The translations under genes were made by a program, and so were the position numbers. The notes under the pieces are model-generated. The model saw only the letters and a program-made list of their open reading frames with translations. It was not told where the DNA came from and did not search any database. From assembly GCF_001194135.2 (NCBI RefSeq), contig NC_068981.1:172439619-172503618 (forward strand): a stretch of 64,000 nt of DNA. Direction: 5' to 3'. The DNA comes from Octopus bimaculoides (lineage: Eukaryota). Below, piece after piece: positions 12,811 to 25,800 of this stretch. The first letter of the stretch is position 1. Each line of letters begins with the position of its first letter.

Positions 12811-15800
12811 GAAAATATTTAAATGTTTTTGACAACATACTAAAAAAACAAAAAGTAACTTACTCTTCTGGCAAGAAGAAGTCCTGTGCAATATGCAGCA
12901 GCATAGTTGGTCAGCCCTACCTTGATGCCATATCTAGGGAGCTCATGAGAGTAGGCCGCAACCACAATCACATCTCCCTCAATACGGGCATACGCTATCT
13001 AATAAAACAAAAAAAAAATTTAATTGTTAAAAATTCTATTTTGAAGTACTGATTAATTATAATAATTTTAAGAAATAAGACCAGTCAACATGGATGTTAG
13101 GACATTAGGAACCTATGTAAATCAATTACAATACAGTTCATACCAAAAAGTACAACTAAAGCAAAGTCTACATCAGTGGTTCCTAAAGTGGGCAGTGCTA
13201 CCTCCATGGGGGAAGTGGAAAGATTCAGGGGGTGTTGAAGAAAAGTGGGACAACAATGGGATAACCGAAAGCAGGTGATGGTTGTAACAAAACTTCCAAA
13301 ATAATGAATTGGGTTAAATGCGGTTTTGAACTTGCTGCAGAAGCTAGGAATGTGGCTCGACAGGCAAGGGGGCAGCAGCAGCCTGAAAATGTGTCAAAAA
13401 CCAAGTAAAACGTTTCATGTTTTCAATATCTAAAAAGGTGACTCATCCGACATACCATGTTATATTTGACAATACTTGTATACATTCAGCAGCCACCACC
13501 AGGGGCATCTACAATTGCTCAATCCGCAAAAATTGCAATCAAATCTTCCAAATCTAACAATCTTAATCCTATTTAAAAGGTGTATATGTATGAAGCATCC
13601 AGTCTTGCTAATTGAAGCAAACAAAGCCACCCTTCTATATTTGTTAAAATAAACTGTCAACTAATTTTGGAAATTAAGAATTTAGTAAAATAACTCATTA
13701 CACCGGTATCTGGAATAAATTTGATGGAATATATTGATCATGTTTACTTTGATCCGAGTGATATTACTAAATATTTCTACATGATTTTCATGCCCATTTT
13801 CAAAATGACAACCTTTAAAAAAAATTTATAGAAAGATTGAAAACTTCTAATTCTTAGCCAATCAAACCAGTCCATGCTTCTACAGCAACAAACAGACACT
13901 ACAGTTATGATTGGCATTTCATCCAAAATTTCGACTGTAAATATTTTCATTAAATATTTACATTCTTAATATTTTAGCATTCAAACTGGCCAAAATAACT
14001 CGTTTTATATTGAAACGGGTCAGATCTGGCCTCTTACCACATCCTTTCAATTTCATTCTAAAACTAAGCAATAACATCAACATCTCCAAACAATATAATG
14101 CATGATTAATTTAATATAAGACAGAATCATCTGAATACTAAAGCATTAAAAGCTCAAAAGTCGAGTTTTCATGTCACAGCAAAGGTGAGGTGGAGGGAAT
14201 AATGTAAGAATTTGAAAATGTTATTCTGCCCCTCAATTTTTAGGTTTCGGCATTTTCATAAAATGTTTATGAATTTGCGAGGACTAAAAAAATTCTTTGG
14301 TTAATTTTGCAAATCTTTTAAATCACAGATTAAAATAACAGCTAGTTCAAATATTTGGCTTAAATCCCAGCAGTAGGCCATCAAATGTGTTAGGGAGAAA
14401 GATCTTGAAAAACAGTGTTAGATGTGCTAAAGTAACAGCTCTTAAATTATGCATGAAATTGGTTTTGTTCTTGCATAATCATGAACTTCTGTGCAAAAAA
14501 TACAAATTCGCAAAATTTTTCAGAAAATTCAAAAAAGCTACAGCATGTGTAAAGTAGGATTCCAATGATTAAAAAAGGTTTCTCTAAAAGCTTTCACTCA
14601 TTCCTAAATCTCCCCAATACTTTGCCATCAGACAGAGTCATTAAGAACTGTCAATAACTAATGAAACAGCTTCAAGTATCATACAACCACTTCAGTACAT
14701 CACAAAGGATACCAATATTTATGCAGTTCAAAACGAATTAAAAAAAACTTTAGTAACAGTGTATGCTACATTACAATAGTGCTCATACTATACTACAGGA
14801 GGAATTTGTAGTACATGTGAAGAGACAAGCTGGGCACAAATTACACTGCGTGGAATAGTTGTTTCAAAGAGCCAAATATATAAGTCAAGTTAGGCTTTGC
14901 TAAATTGAAATTATGCTTATGTATATCTAAGTGGAGATATTACTCTTATTTCAATATCAAGTTGTCAAATCATCACCGACATATACAGAAACTGATGTCT
15001 AGCAGGAACCACTGATAAACTAAGATCAGGAAGGATGCATTTGACAAGGTATAAAAATCAAAGATTCACTAAAACTGGATAGTCAAGAGTTGGCAGACTT
15101 TGGAAATTGCACATACTATTAATTACAACTGGTTCTAGTTTTTTTGAGTAATTATATAGGAGAAAGTAAGGATTGGCATACAAACTACCTTGCTTTGATT
15201 CAAAGAAATACACTAGAATAAGTGAAATGTTTGATTTTCTTTTAATCACAAATTGTACTTTCTGAAAACCTGTTTTTGTACATTAGGGTTCATAGCTTGT
15301 TTCCAAGTGTTTACATAAAGTCAACTGTTTCAGTATAAGTGGGATCCAAAGCTGATTAAAATTCATCTAGATTGTGGTCAGGCGTAAAAATAGAAATTGA
15401 ATATTGCAATCTTCAATAAAGTAATATCTACAAATGTTTACTTGTTCTTAAAGCTGACACAAGTCCTACTGTAGATGGAAAAGGCATTTCTTCCTCACAG
15501 CAAAATAAACTATTGAAATGGTTGGGAAGAGAATCCAGCCAAAAACAATGCTAAAGCAGACTGGATTCTGGTGCAGTCTGGCTAGTCAACTCCTGTCAAA
15601 CCACCCATGCCAGAATGGAAGAGGAACGTGAAATGAATTTATTTTCCTTAAACCAAGAACTATAAGTTTCTTTATACATTTTAACAATCATTTGCTGTAG
15701 TAACAATACTATAAGCATATTCGAATTTGGGATACAATGGTATGGGACAGCCGTGATACATGGATGTCTATTCAACCATGACCAGTCAGAAAACCATAAA

Positions 15801-17174
15801 AAAAATAAAGGATTTTAGAGTTAATATGCAATTATAAACCCATCACTGAACACATTTTAGAAACTAGCTACGAAATAACCTTATTACTCCTATTTATCAC
15901 CACTGGAAGGAAGTTATTCATGAATATATTTCAAGTTTTTAGCCAGCACTGTCAGTCAGTTTATACTACATCAGTAGCTTCATTCATAAACATGTTACCG
16001 TAACACGTATGTAAGAATACAAAGAAATACCTTTCACAACGTTAAGTATTTTTCATTTATAAATTGGTATATAACTTTTAAAATAAATTTTCAACAATCT
16101 TATGTAAAACTTTGCATTGATATATATATATAGCTACCAAGTTATTGCTCGGGGAAAAAAGAGCATTATAATGGATTAACCTCGTGTACAATATAATAGT
16201 TAACCTCACCATTATTTATACTAACTACAGCGACTTTAAAATTACAACTGAATCCAAGTTCACAATGTTAAGCCTTTCAAATGGGTGGAGAATTCAAGAA
16301 AAGAAAAGTTCACCTGGCAAATAATATCCTTATTAGTGAAGCGAACTATCATTCGATATTTAGGTGTGTTGTACTTGTTTTTCTCCTGCACCACAAGACG
16401 TTTCCTCGCGAAGTAGTCAGTTTTTCCCTCTAGAAATAGAATTAAAAGTTTTAGCCCACTTTTCGAGAAGAAAAGGCGGTTATCTTGTAGACAAGTGTAA
16501 AAGATTAGCGAAGTATTACTATGTACATTTTGGTATGACTGGACTAGAAATTATATATACCTCTCCTCCTTCGGAATTTTACTTGAAACCTCTTGAAATA
16601 GGCCTTATTTTTTATTATTTTCACGAACACCTGAAAAAAAAAAAAAATCAACCATTTCAAGAGTAAGTCTTGTTTAGGAATGTTGTAGAACTAATTACTT
16701 TATGAAGACAATTATTCAATAAAACTACTGTTGTGTATATATATACATATATATATATATATGTATATAGATATATTAAAACAGAAATAATACTTCAATA
16801 CAAATCTGTAAAGTTGCATACTTTTTAACGACTGATTTTGCCGTTGTTTATGGAGACCAACGTCACAGTTGCATTAATTTTTTGTCACATGCATATAAAA
16901 AAAAATTCAAGCTGGCACGATAAAAGAACCTGGAAGAACACTTCTTTTAAAATCTAAAACCAATATCAATGATTAAAATAAGTGAACGTCACATATTATA
17001 AACGCTGTCAACAACTTCCAGCGGGAGAGCAAGTGCGACTATTACACGTGTAGAAAATAAGCCAGGCGGTATCATTAATATATCGAAACCATCGAAGAGA
17101 ATTTACTGAAAAATATCATTTAACAAGTTATAAGAATATAAAATATATTAAAATTTTTAGAGATTACTCACCAT
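7540..17174 (-). CDS. RPL5: 60S ribosomal protein L5 (uL18), complete 8-exon gene, 296 aa
   Basis: Spliced CDS 3+70+116+135+203+178+89+97=891 nt, all GT-AG, no stops; [30 protein letters not shown]...[11 protein letters not shown]...KRFPGYD. Confidence 0.99.
8766..8930. mobile_element. piggyBac-like MITE (TTAA|CCC...AGGG|TTAA)
   Basis: TTAA on both sides; relatives at ~13970-14150, 27921-28137 and 54299-54526. Confidence 0.7.
11155..11243 (-). CDS. RPL5: RPL5 exon 7
   Basis: [30 protein letters not shown]; ag/gtaagc. Confidence 0.97.
11528..11705 (-). CDS. RPL5: RPL5 exon 6
   Basis: [32 protein letters not shown]...ITPES; donor gtgagt. Confidence 0.98.
12520..12722 (-). CDS. RPL5: RPL5 exon 5
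   Basis: [11 protein letters not shown]...[24 protein letters not shown]; donor gtaaga. Confidence 0.98.
12864..12998 (-). CDS. RPL5: RPL5 exon 4
   Basis: [45 protein letters not shown]; donor gtaagt. Confidence 0.98.
13174..13410. mobile_element. Decayed hAT-like MITE
   Basis: Starts CAGTGGTTCCTAAAGTGGG, resembling hAT/Charlie termini; the right end is degenerate and no TSD was confirmed. Confidence 0.4.
16314..16429 (-). CDS. RPL5: RPL5 exon 3
   Basis: [38 protein letters not shown]. Confidence 0.98.
16561..16630 (-). CDS. RPL5: RPL5 exon 2
   Basis: [23 protein letters not shown](E). Confidence 0.98.
17172..17174 (-). CDS. RPL5: RPL5 exon 1 coding part (ATG only)
   Basis: accaaaATG|gtgagt, phase 0; matches the ATG-only first exon known for vertebrate RPL5. 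Confidence 0.9.
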
Positions 17175-17243
17175 TTTGGTTTATTTTACAAGTCCAACAA
17201 TCAGTGCCTTAATAATAGCATCAGTTGGGGGATGACTTACTAT

Positions 17244-17254
17244 GAAAAAGGAAG
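17244..17254 (-). promoter_or_regulatory. RPL5: TCT initiator / 5' TOP tract of RPL5
   Basis: CTTCCTTTTTC on minus, ~70-80 nt upstream of ATG; typical of ribosomal-protein genes. Confidence 0.8.
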
Positions 17255-17782
17255 TGGCTGGCACCGCTGCAGACAATTTAACAACTTTCCGGAAGTGCTT
17301 TATATAATATAATTTTTTGATATACATAATAAAATAAAATTTAATATAAATTAAAATTACCATAATTTAAAAAATATATGAGCGTTTATAAAAGTACTTT
17401 CACGTGATTTTGCTAATAAATATTAAAAAATAATTAATAACCAATCAAATGTCATGTCGTTGGTGCACTTAATTTGAATATATTTCATTGTAAACTTAAT
17501 TTTCTGAAGTTGCTTGATGTATTTTATTGATTTTAAATTGTTTATATCATATTCGTTTGTTTGTCATTTGTTGTTTTTACCGTTCCATAAAAGAATTCCC
17601 CCTGTATTTATTTATCTCTAAAACTCAGTTTCAAAGAAAAACAAGTCACAACATGTCAACAAATATTCATTTCTCTTCACGTTTTCTCAAGTTTTCTGTA
17701 TATTTTCATCAAAAGTTTCACAACGCTGATGATTAAACATTAACTTTACACGTAATAAGATGCTAACATTTGAATCTACATC
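17255..17782. promoter_or_regulatory. Putative bidirectional promoter between RPL5 and CCDC18
   Basis: Ets-type CCGGAAGT 17289-17296, E-box CACGTG 17401-17406 and CCAAT 17441-17445 lie between divergent starts ~530 bp apart. Confidence 0.7.
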
Positions 17783-17901
17783 ATGGAATTGAGATTAAAA
17801 GAAGTTACACATCGTCTACAAGAAACAGAAAAATCTTTAGCAAATATTTATTTAATGGAGCAACAAGACTTAAAAGAAAAAGTATTCGGTGTTGATAATT
17901 T
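17783..17901 (+). CDS. CCDC18: CCDC18 exon 1
   Basis: atcATGG context; MELRLKEVTHRLQETEKSLANIYLMEQQDLKEKVFGVDN; donor gtaagt. Confidence 0.8.
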
Positions 17902-20900
17902 GTAAGTGCTTGTACATTTCTAGTTTAGAGTTCTTCAAAATGAAAAGGTATTGTTTGTAATTAAAAGATCGCACTCTATACGGTTCCCAAAATAAGTTGT
18001 CAATATTTTCTTTCTTTTTACTCTGTTGTCTAACTCCAATTTAAACTTAATTGGCGACTGTCACTTTCATCAATGGTCCTTGATAAAGCGACTACGTAGC
18101 TGTTGCTTCGTTGATTTATGTTAGATTTTGTTTTTAGTCAAGAGTGGTTAGTTAACTTAGGCAGTGTGCCTTCCGTTAAAGGATTTACGATCAAGAAGCA
18201 AGTGTTGTCATATTACAATATTTATAGAGCTAAATATTCTGTAATTAAAGTCGTATTGTGCCTTTCGAAGGTATTCTATGATCAGCCCACCTTTGTAAAG
18301 ATACATAGAACTACTGTTTCCTTTAATATGTCTTGCTTGTTTAAAACGGTGGGGTGTGATTATATGGAGATTTCGCTTCTGTTTCTCGCAGGTCAAAGGA
18401 TTCCAGAAGCTCATTTGGGCGAAAGTAAAGAATACGTACACCCAGTGTTTAGGGTTAAGTACTTTTGTTACGCCGAAAACTGTTGGTGTACGTGTTCTTT
18501 ACCTCCGCCGCTCGTTTGTTGCTTGTTCTAATACCATACAAGATACAAAAATGAGTACTTAAAGCTGTTCGCTGTTTGTTTTAATTCCAGTATAATAAAT
18601 GTGGTCAGTGTAACATTCATTAAACTCGGAAATGAATTGCCTTTACGTTGCGTTTAATAAATTTATATCGAGGAATGAAACTGATCGAATCTCCATTAAA
18701 ATTATATAGATATTCAATTTTGTACTGCGTTGAAAAATTAACAGAATTATCTTTTTCAAACTCAGCAACATAGGAGGTTATGAAACTGAAGAAAAACCTT
18801 AATTACTACAGTCAATTTAGTTTTACAATTGGCAATAGCACAGCTTCAAATAGGTTAAAGTTCAATTTCTGTCGGTGTCAATTTCACTTTTCGTCCTTTT
18901 GGAGTCTATGCAATCAGCTATAAATCCCTTCTACAAAAAAACTAATATTTTACCAAATCAGAAAACATCTCACATCTAATCTAAGGGTTTGCCCGTGAAG
19001 TATACGCTATTTCATGCAATTAAAAAGCATTATGAGTAAAGGCATTCTTAAAAGGGTTTTGAGATTATTGGAACACCTTTTTAAAGAGTTGGCAAGATAC
19101 TAAAGCGTGCCTACTCTCTCACTTGCTGTCCTTCCCAACAACACAGTTTGGCTCATAACACCACATGTTCTAAGAAATATTTTTTTTATTTTAAGAAGTA
19201 AAGTTTCCATTAAATCACTACATTTGTAGCTGGAATGTAAGGAGATAAAATAAATATCTTTAGTTTTACATCATATAAGACATAACTGCTTAACTCGATT
19301 TGACTGATAATAGATTCTATTTCATAGAGAAGAAAAATAGTTAGCATGGTATAGACAACTACCAGCCTGCTTGTCTTTAGTTGAAATCCACTTCAGGTTT
19401 TTTATTGTTTTAGGCACTACACTTCATTCCCAGGTTATTCACCTGTTCACAATAGGTGTCAGATCATCTTCAAATGTTATCTGAAATAACTGAAAATTTG
19501 CCTTTTCTATAAAATCCTCTTCACAATTGAATGGTAGTAAAGGCTTCCTATTCTAAGAACAATTGCTCCATAAAAGTCATCCCTTCCTTTTGTGTTAGCA
19601 TGCAAAAATGGATATAAATATAAAAACATAAATAAGATTACTTCGATTTTTTGGACAATTTTTTATTTGTTTTAATTTATTTATTTAACAGATCTCAGGA
19701 TTTTTGGTATAAAAATTCTTTGGACCAGATTAGATGGAATGACAGCAACAGTAATGTTTCAGAACAAAGTACACCAACTGACTCTCTTGGAATGGCCTTT
19801 AAAAACGATGACATGGTTGCAAGCACACCAAAAAAACATGTACTATAATTATTTGTTTATCATCATTAGCTTCTCTTTTTATATATGTCTATCTTAACAT
19901 TTCACCTATCAGATTGCAGATAGATTTCACAAAAATGTTTTTTCAGTTTTAATGCTTATGAAGCTGGTGTTTATTGACATTTATTCTGTCACTTGATATA
20001 ACATCATAACCTGCCACTGGAGTGCCTTTTGTCAAATATACTCTATTGCCAGTATTTGGACCAGGTTTCTAGTTTGAACATAACTTCCAGTTTGTAGATC
20101 CTGATAAAAGGTCAAGGACACTGCTTCTTCATTTTCTGACCAAACCATAAAATGTAAAAAAAACCCAAAAAAACTCCCAACTTAATTTTATTCACTTTAA
20201 ACCTGGACAATTTTCGTGACAAACTTTCACCTTGATGGAGCTAATTTAATTCTAGCAATCTTAGAACTAACTTGCTAATAACACTAGCATAGCTAGAGTG
20301 TGTATGTGTGTACCGGTCCCCTCTCTCAGCTATGCTAGTGGCTAATAGAGAATATTTAATGACAATCTCAGAACACTTGCACTTTACACTACATTCACAT
20401 ATCTATTGGTCGTATTAAAGGTGTCAGGTGATATGAATGACATGACAGAGAATTGGTAGAGTTGTTTGAGAACTGGATAGAATAATGTCTTTCATTATTT
20501 GTATTCTGAGTTCAGATCATTGACTTGGCCTTTCATCTCTTTAAGGTTGACAAATAAAGTGCCAGTAGGGTACTGAGGCCATTTCACATACACACTTTTT
20601 CTCTCTGAATCAGTTATGTTTAAAAGGCCAAGAAAGGAGCATTCACATTGCAGTCCCCACCAATTTTTTCTCCACCACTCTCCAAACTTGCTAAGAAAGA
20701 ATAAGTGAAACAGTATGCTATGGATATGTCAGTGATTTTACAGCTGAATGTCTTTCTTATCAGCTATCAGTATGACAGGGGGAACTACATATGTTTATCA
20801 GCATAACACCAACCCATCCACCTTAGCTACTGTCTTTTTATATTTCTGCATTTGTGTAATTTCACAATCATAGTGAATAAGATATATTCAAGAGAATATT

Positions 20901-22803
20901 TAATCATTGCACATAATCAAGACTGATTTTAAATTACATATTTTTGAATTCTGTCTTTTTTTCCTTTTCTTTGATTATGAAAAAAATATTTATTGAAAAG
21001 AATAAAAAATCAAATGAACCAATCAAGAATAAATACCAAGAAAAACTGGATCTGTTACAAACTGAATTGAAGATACAAGACCAGAGTTTGAGGTAAAATC
21101 TGTTAAACTTCAGAATAAATTTGCCAGTCTAAAACAGCTACATATTAAGTATTTGGATTTCAAATTAAAATGGCTTCTGTTATTGCAGTGATATCAACTG
21201 TAAAAACGGTTTAACTCCTGCATCTTTAAGTCTTCGTATTTAATTAAGGAATTATTATAATTAATATGTTCTGGTTACTATGTGCTTTTAGAAAGACTTG
21301 AAACCAAGGTAAACAAACTAACTAGGGTGCCTCTATATGATAGCTCAACTTGCTAGAAATTGCAGCCAAAGCTCTCAAATCATACCCTACTATTTTAAAT
21401 GAAGAAGGCTAGATTAGACATTGTAGTTCTTGATGATCATTGGTAGACCTGAAAGTATACAAGAGCTGAGGTGAATCCCAGAAACAAAGTCTGTCTAGTC
21501 TAAACAAGATGTCTATTCAAATCAAACGATATATAATCAATTTGTTGCACAACTATTATTTATAGAGTGTCAGTTGAATTTTGACCAAGTAACTTCTTCA
21601 AATTAGTATTATGGAACTCTTTCAACTACAATTCTTTTATTCTTTTAGTGATTTCAGTCATAGGACTGCAACTATGTGGCAGCACCTACACAGACTTAGT
21701 CAAACACATTACCTTGTTGCATATTTCATTCTAGTACTTAGTTTTTTGATCTTCATTTGTTGAACTGCTAAGTTATGGGATGTAAAGGGACGCAACATAA
21801 AAATTTTTTTTTTTGACCAATGTAAACATAAATAGAATCATGGACCAACCCACCCACACACACATGCATATAAAATGTATATCAGCTAAAATTCAATATA
21901 AGTACACCTTACTTTTGTGTATTGTAAGAGGTAGTTAGAGAGTTCAAGAAGAACATCTGGCCATGAAACACTGACTCCAAAAAGTCCTAGCCAAGCCATG
22001 CCACATGGAAATATGCACATAAAAGCAATGATCATGATATATATAATCATCATCATCGTTTAACATATGCCTTCCATGCTGGCATGGGTTAGACAGTTTG
22101 ACAGTAGCCAGCCAGGCAGAAAACTGCACCAGATTTCTGTGTCTGTTTTGGCAGGGTTTTTACAGCTGGATGCCCTTCCTAACACCAACCACCTAGCAGA
22201 GTGGACTATATATATATATATATATATATNNNNNNNNNNNNNNNNNNNNNNNNNNNNNNNNNNNNNNNNNNNNNNNNNNNNNNNNNNNNNNNNNNNNNNN
22301 NNNNNNNNNNNNNNNNNNNNNNNNNNNNNNNNNNNNNNNNNNNNNNNNNNNNNNNNNNNNNNNNNNNNNNNNNNNNNNNNNNNNNNNNNNNNNNNNNNNN
22401 NNNNNNNNNNNNNNNNNNNNNNNNNNNNNNNNNNNNNNNNNNNNNNNNNNNNNNNNNNNNNNNNNNNNNNNNNNNNNNNNNNNNNNNNNNNNNNNNNNNN
22501 NNNNNNNNNNNNNNNNNNNNNNNNNNNNNNNNNNNNNNNNNNNNNNNNNNNNNNNNNNNNNNNNNNNNNNNNNNNNNNNNNNNNNNNNNNNNNNNNNNNN
22601 NNNNNNNNNNNNNNNNNNNNNNNNNNNNNNNNNNNNNNNNNNNNNNNNNNNNNNNNNNNNNNNNNNATATATAGATGCATATCTGGGTACATGCCTTTGC
22701 AAAAAAGCATGGACAAAATGATAAACAAGGTACAAAAAACACACAGGCCACATACAGAACATATCCTTCATCAGCTGCCACCATTATAACACTGGCGTTT
22801 CGA

Positions 22804-22875
<72 letters not shown>

Positions 22876-25800
22876 GTAGATAGATAGGTGTGTGTGTGAT
22901 GGGTTCCTGTACAATTTTCTAAATTCCACTCACAAGACATTGGTTATCCTGAGGCTACTGTAGGGGGCACTTACCAAAGATATTGAGCAGTAACATCAAA
23001 CTTAGAACCACTTGGTTGTAAAAGGCATTTCTTAACCACAATCCACTAATCTTAAAATGCACTGCTTGTTATATTTTGTTGTATTCTGAGTTTAAATTCT
23101 ATTCAACTACACTTTGCCTTTCATCCTCCTGGGGTTGATAAAATAATGGTTTTAGAATATTATTTTACTCTCAGTGGAAGCCTCTCTAATCTAAAACCAT
23201 TGAAAGTGATGTCCTGACATGACAATAGCCCAATGACTGAAACCAGTAAAAATATAAATAAATAAAAGGACTAAATAAAAAGTTACTGAACCTTCTTTTA
23301 CAAATAGTCATTGAAATAAAATTTCTGTTATTTCTACAGAGAAGCTGAAGAACGATATGAAAAGGCCCAGAAAAATGCAGCAGATGCTAATTCAGAAAAA
23401 GAGAACTTGCAGAAAACTATACACAACTTGAAAGATGAAATAAATCAAATAAAACAACGGAATTTAATGTAAGGATTTCCTTCATTTGTGAAGTTTCTGA
23501 ATTTTAGAATCTTGTATTTTATATCTTATTTGTTACAAAAAGATATAGGATATTTTAAACATTTTCTTTTTGAAAGTGTTTTGTCAGATGTAGATCTGCA
23601 GTACATTTAGGACTGTATATTAGTTGTAAGTTTTTCAATTATTGAAGCATGGAATAAAGGAATCAGGACAGTGCACTGGAAAAAATCATTATTATCATTT
23701 TCATCTCTCATCCTCATCATCAGGGGAAGCCTCTATGTGGTTGTTCAACCTGCTGGAAATAGTAACCAAAAACTCCTCAAATTACACTGTGCCATCTTAA
23801 AACTAGAACACACCGGATAATGTAGTCTTGGATACATTGAGTGTAGGCATTGTGTTCTATTCATAATCAGAATCCTTACCTTGTGCACAAGCTTTACATT
23901 TAAATTGCTTTTCTATCGATTTGTAAATCTTGGTCAATGAGATGTATTTTCTTAGCTGATTAGAAAGGTCATCTAAATGCTTTTGTGCAAGTATTTATTT
24001 TCCAAATTGATCTGAAAACATATTGATGAAAGTCTATCTGAAATGTTAGAGAGTGATGTAGACGTGATATTGTACACCAAGTATTTACATAACTCTGTTA
24101 TTATCTGGTAGCTGAGATGCAGTCTATATACACTAGACTTGTTAAGTCAACCTGCCTGTGTTCTAAATTGTCATATATATTTAATTCAGTTTCAGTTTGA
24201 CACTGTCACACTCTCAACAATAATCTAGTTGTCTTATTGGTTTATGGTAAGTTAATTCTAATTTTGTAGTTATTATCTCCATACCAGATACTCTGTTAGA
24301 AGAAAATATCAAGTAATAATCTAAATAGAATATGTCAAAATATGACTCTTTTGTGTGATTCAAACAACGATTCAAAAAATTAATGACTTTCAGTTCTTGA
24401 GTGTAAGAACTGATATTTCTTCTTTTTAATTCATTTTTCCTCTTTTTTTTTTTATTTAGTGAAAAAGAAGATACAAGGAAACATTTTGAAAGCTACAAGA
24501 GAAATATAGAAGAGAAGTGTCATTTGGTTAGAAACTTTAAATATTTTAAAATATCATTATAAAGTTGCAGGTGTAGCTGTGTAATTGAAAAGCTTGCTTT
24601 CCAACGACATAGTTTTGGGTTCAGTCCCACTGTGTGGTACCTTAGGCAAGTGTCTTCAACTATAGTCCTTTGTGAGTGAAGTAGACAGAAACTGAAAGAA
24701 GTCCATCATATATGTTTGTGTGTTTTGTGAGTGTGAGTGTTTGTTTCTCCTTGTCTTGACATGAATTGATTTTTGCTAATGAATATCATTCATTTCCAAT
24801 ATTCTGTGAAAATATTTCTGGCCATAGGGAAATATTACCTTGCTTGAAAACAGATGAGGGTTTAGTTGTAGGAAGGGCAATCAGCTGTAGGAAAGCTACC
24901 TGAATAAACTCCATCTGATGGTAGTAACGATAATGATGATAAAAGGGTTCATAAGCAGTTCTTTCATAATAGAGCTGAAAATTGTTTCATAACACACACA
25001 AGGTAAAGTAAAGGAAATATCAGTAATAGCTACAATATCATTATTATTTTCATCATCAGTTTAATGTCTTTATGTCTATATACCTGTGCTTTTTACCGGC
25101 CAGCAATGTAGCCTCTTTCCATCTCAATTGTGGTCACCAATGTCATTTTTGTTAATTCTATCTTTTACTATAATTAGTTTCATTAATGTTCTTTGATTAT
25201 GACATTTTATTTTTATATTTTCAATTATATTGATTTTCTTTTTAGCTGGAAAGCAAAATATTAAATTTGAATAAAGAAAGAGATAATTTGCTACAAAATA
25301 TACATGAACTGGAATCAAACCTGAAGAAATATGAGAATCAGATAAGGTAAAATGGAGTTAAATTTAATATTAAACTGATAAAATTAGCACTCAACTTCCT
25401 TTTTTTAAAAGGATAGTATGATTTAAGTAAGATTTAGCTGCTATTTATAGCATGTCAGTGCCAATGACATTTTTCATAGCATTCAAGGTGGGATGAAATT
25501 ATCCTCAGATTGAAGAGCTAGCCTAAATGCTTACAATGACGTGGACACTGCTAAAGACACCTACGTCTACCACCAAAGATTTAGTATCCTAAATATGACC
25601 ATCCCATTTTTTCTAACATAGTATTTCTAAGACTGCATTATCCATTGTGCCCTTTCTTTAGATTATAAGATATGATATGAGGGGGATTTGGCTGCTTTTC
25701 ATATATGCAGGTTAAATGACAATGTAGGAGCTCCCTAATTGGTTCACACACACACATATGTATGTGTGCATCGTGTTTCTCAATTTTGACCACATTAATT

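Noticed and set aside
12522-13052. 176-aa plus-strand ORF with poly-K
   Set aside because: Antisense shadow of RPL5 exons 4-5 plus an intronic A-tract.
13174-15014. 11-bp inverted repeat CAGTGGTTCCT / AGGAACCACTG as ends of a 1.8-kb hAT element
   Set aside because: Flanks do not form a TSD and no transposase trace lies between them.
15783-15850. C/D-box-like GTGATGG...CTGA in RPL5 intron 3
   Set aside because: Imperfect box C; the guide is low-complexity U-rich with only a short chance match to 18S.
22060-22940. Long ORFs in the track spanning X runs
   Set aside because: Produced by the N gap and (TA)n/(GA)n microsatellites.
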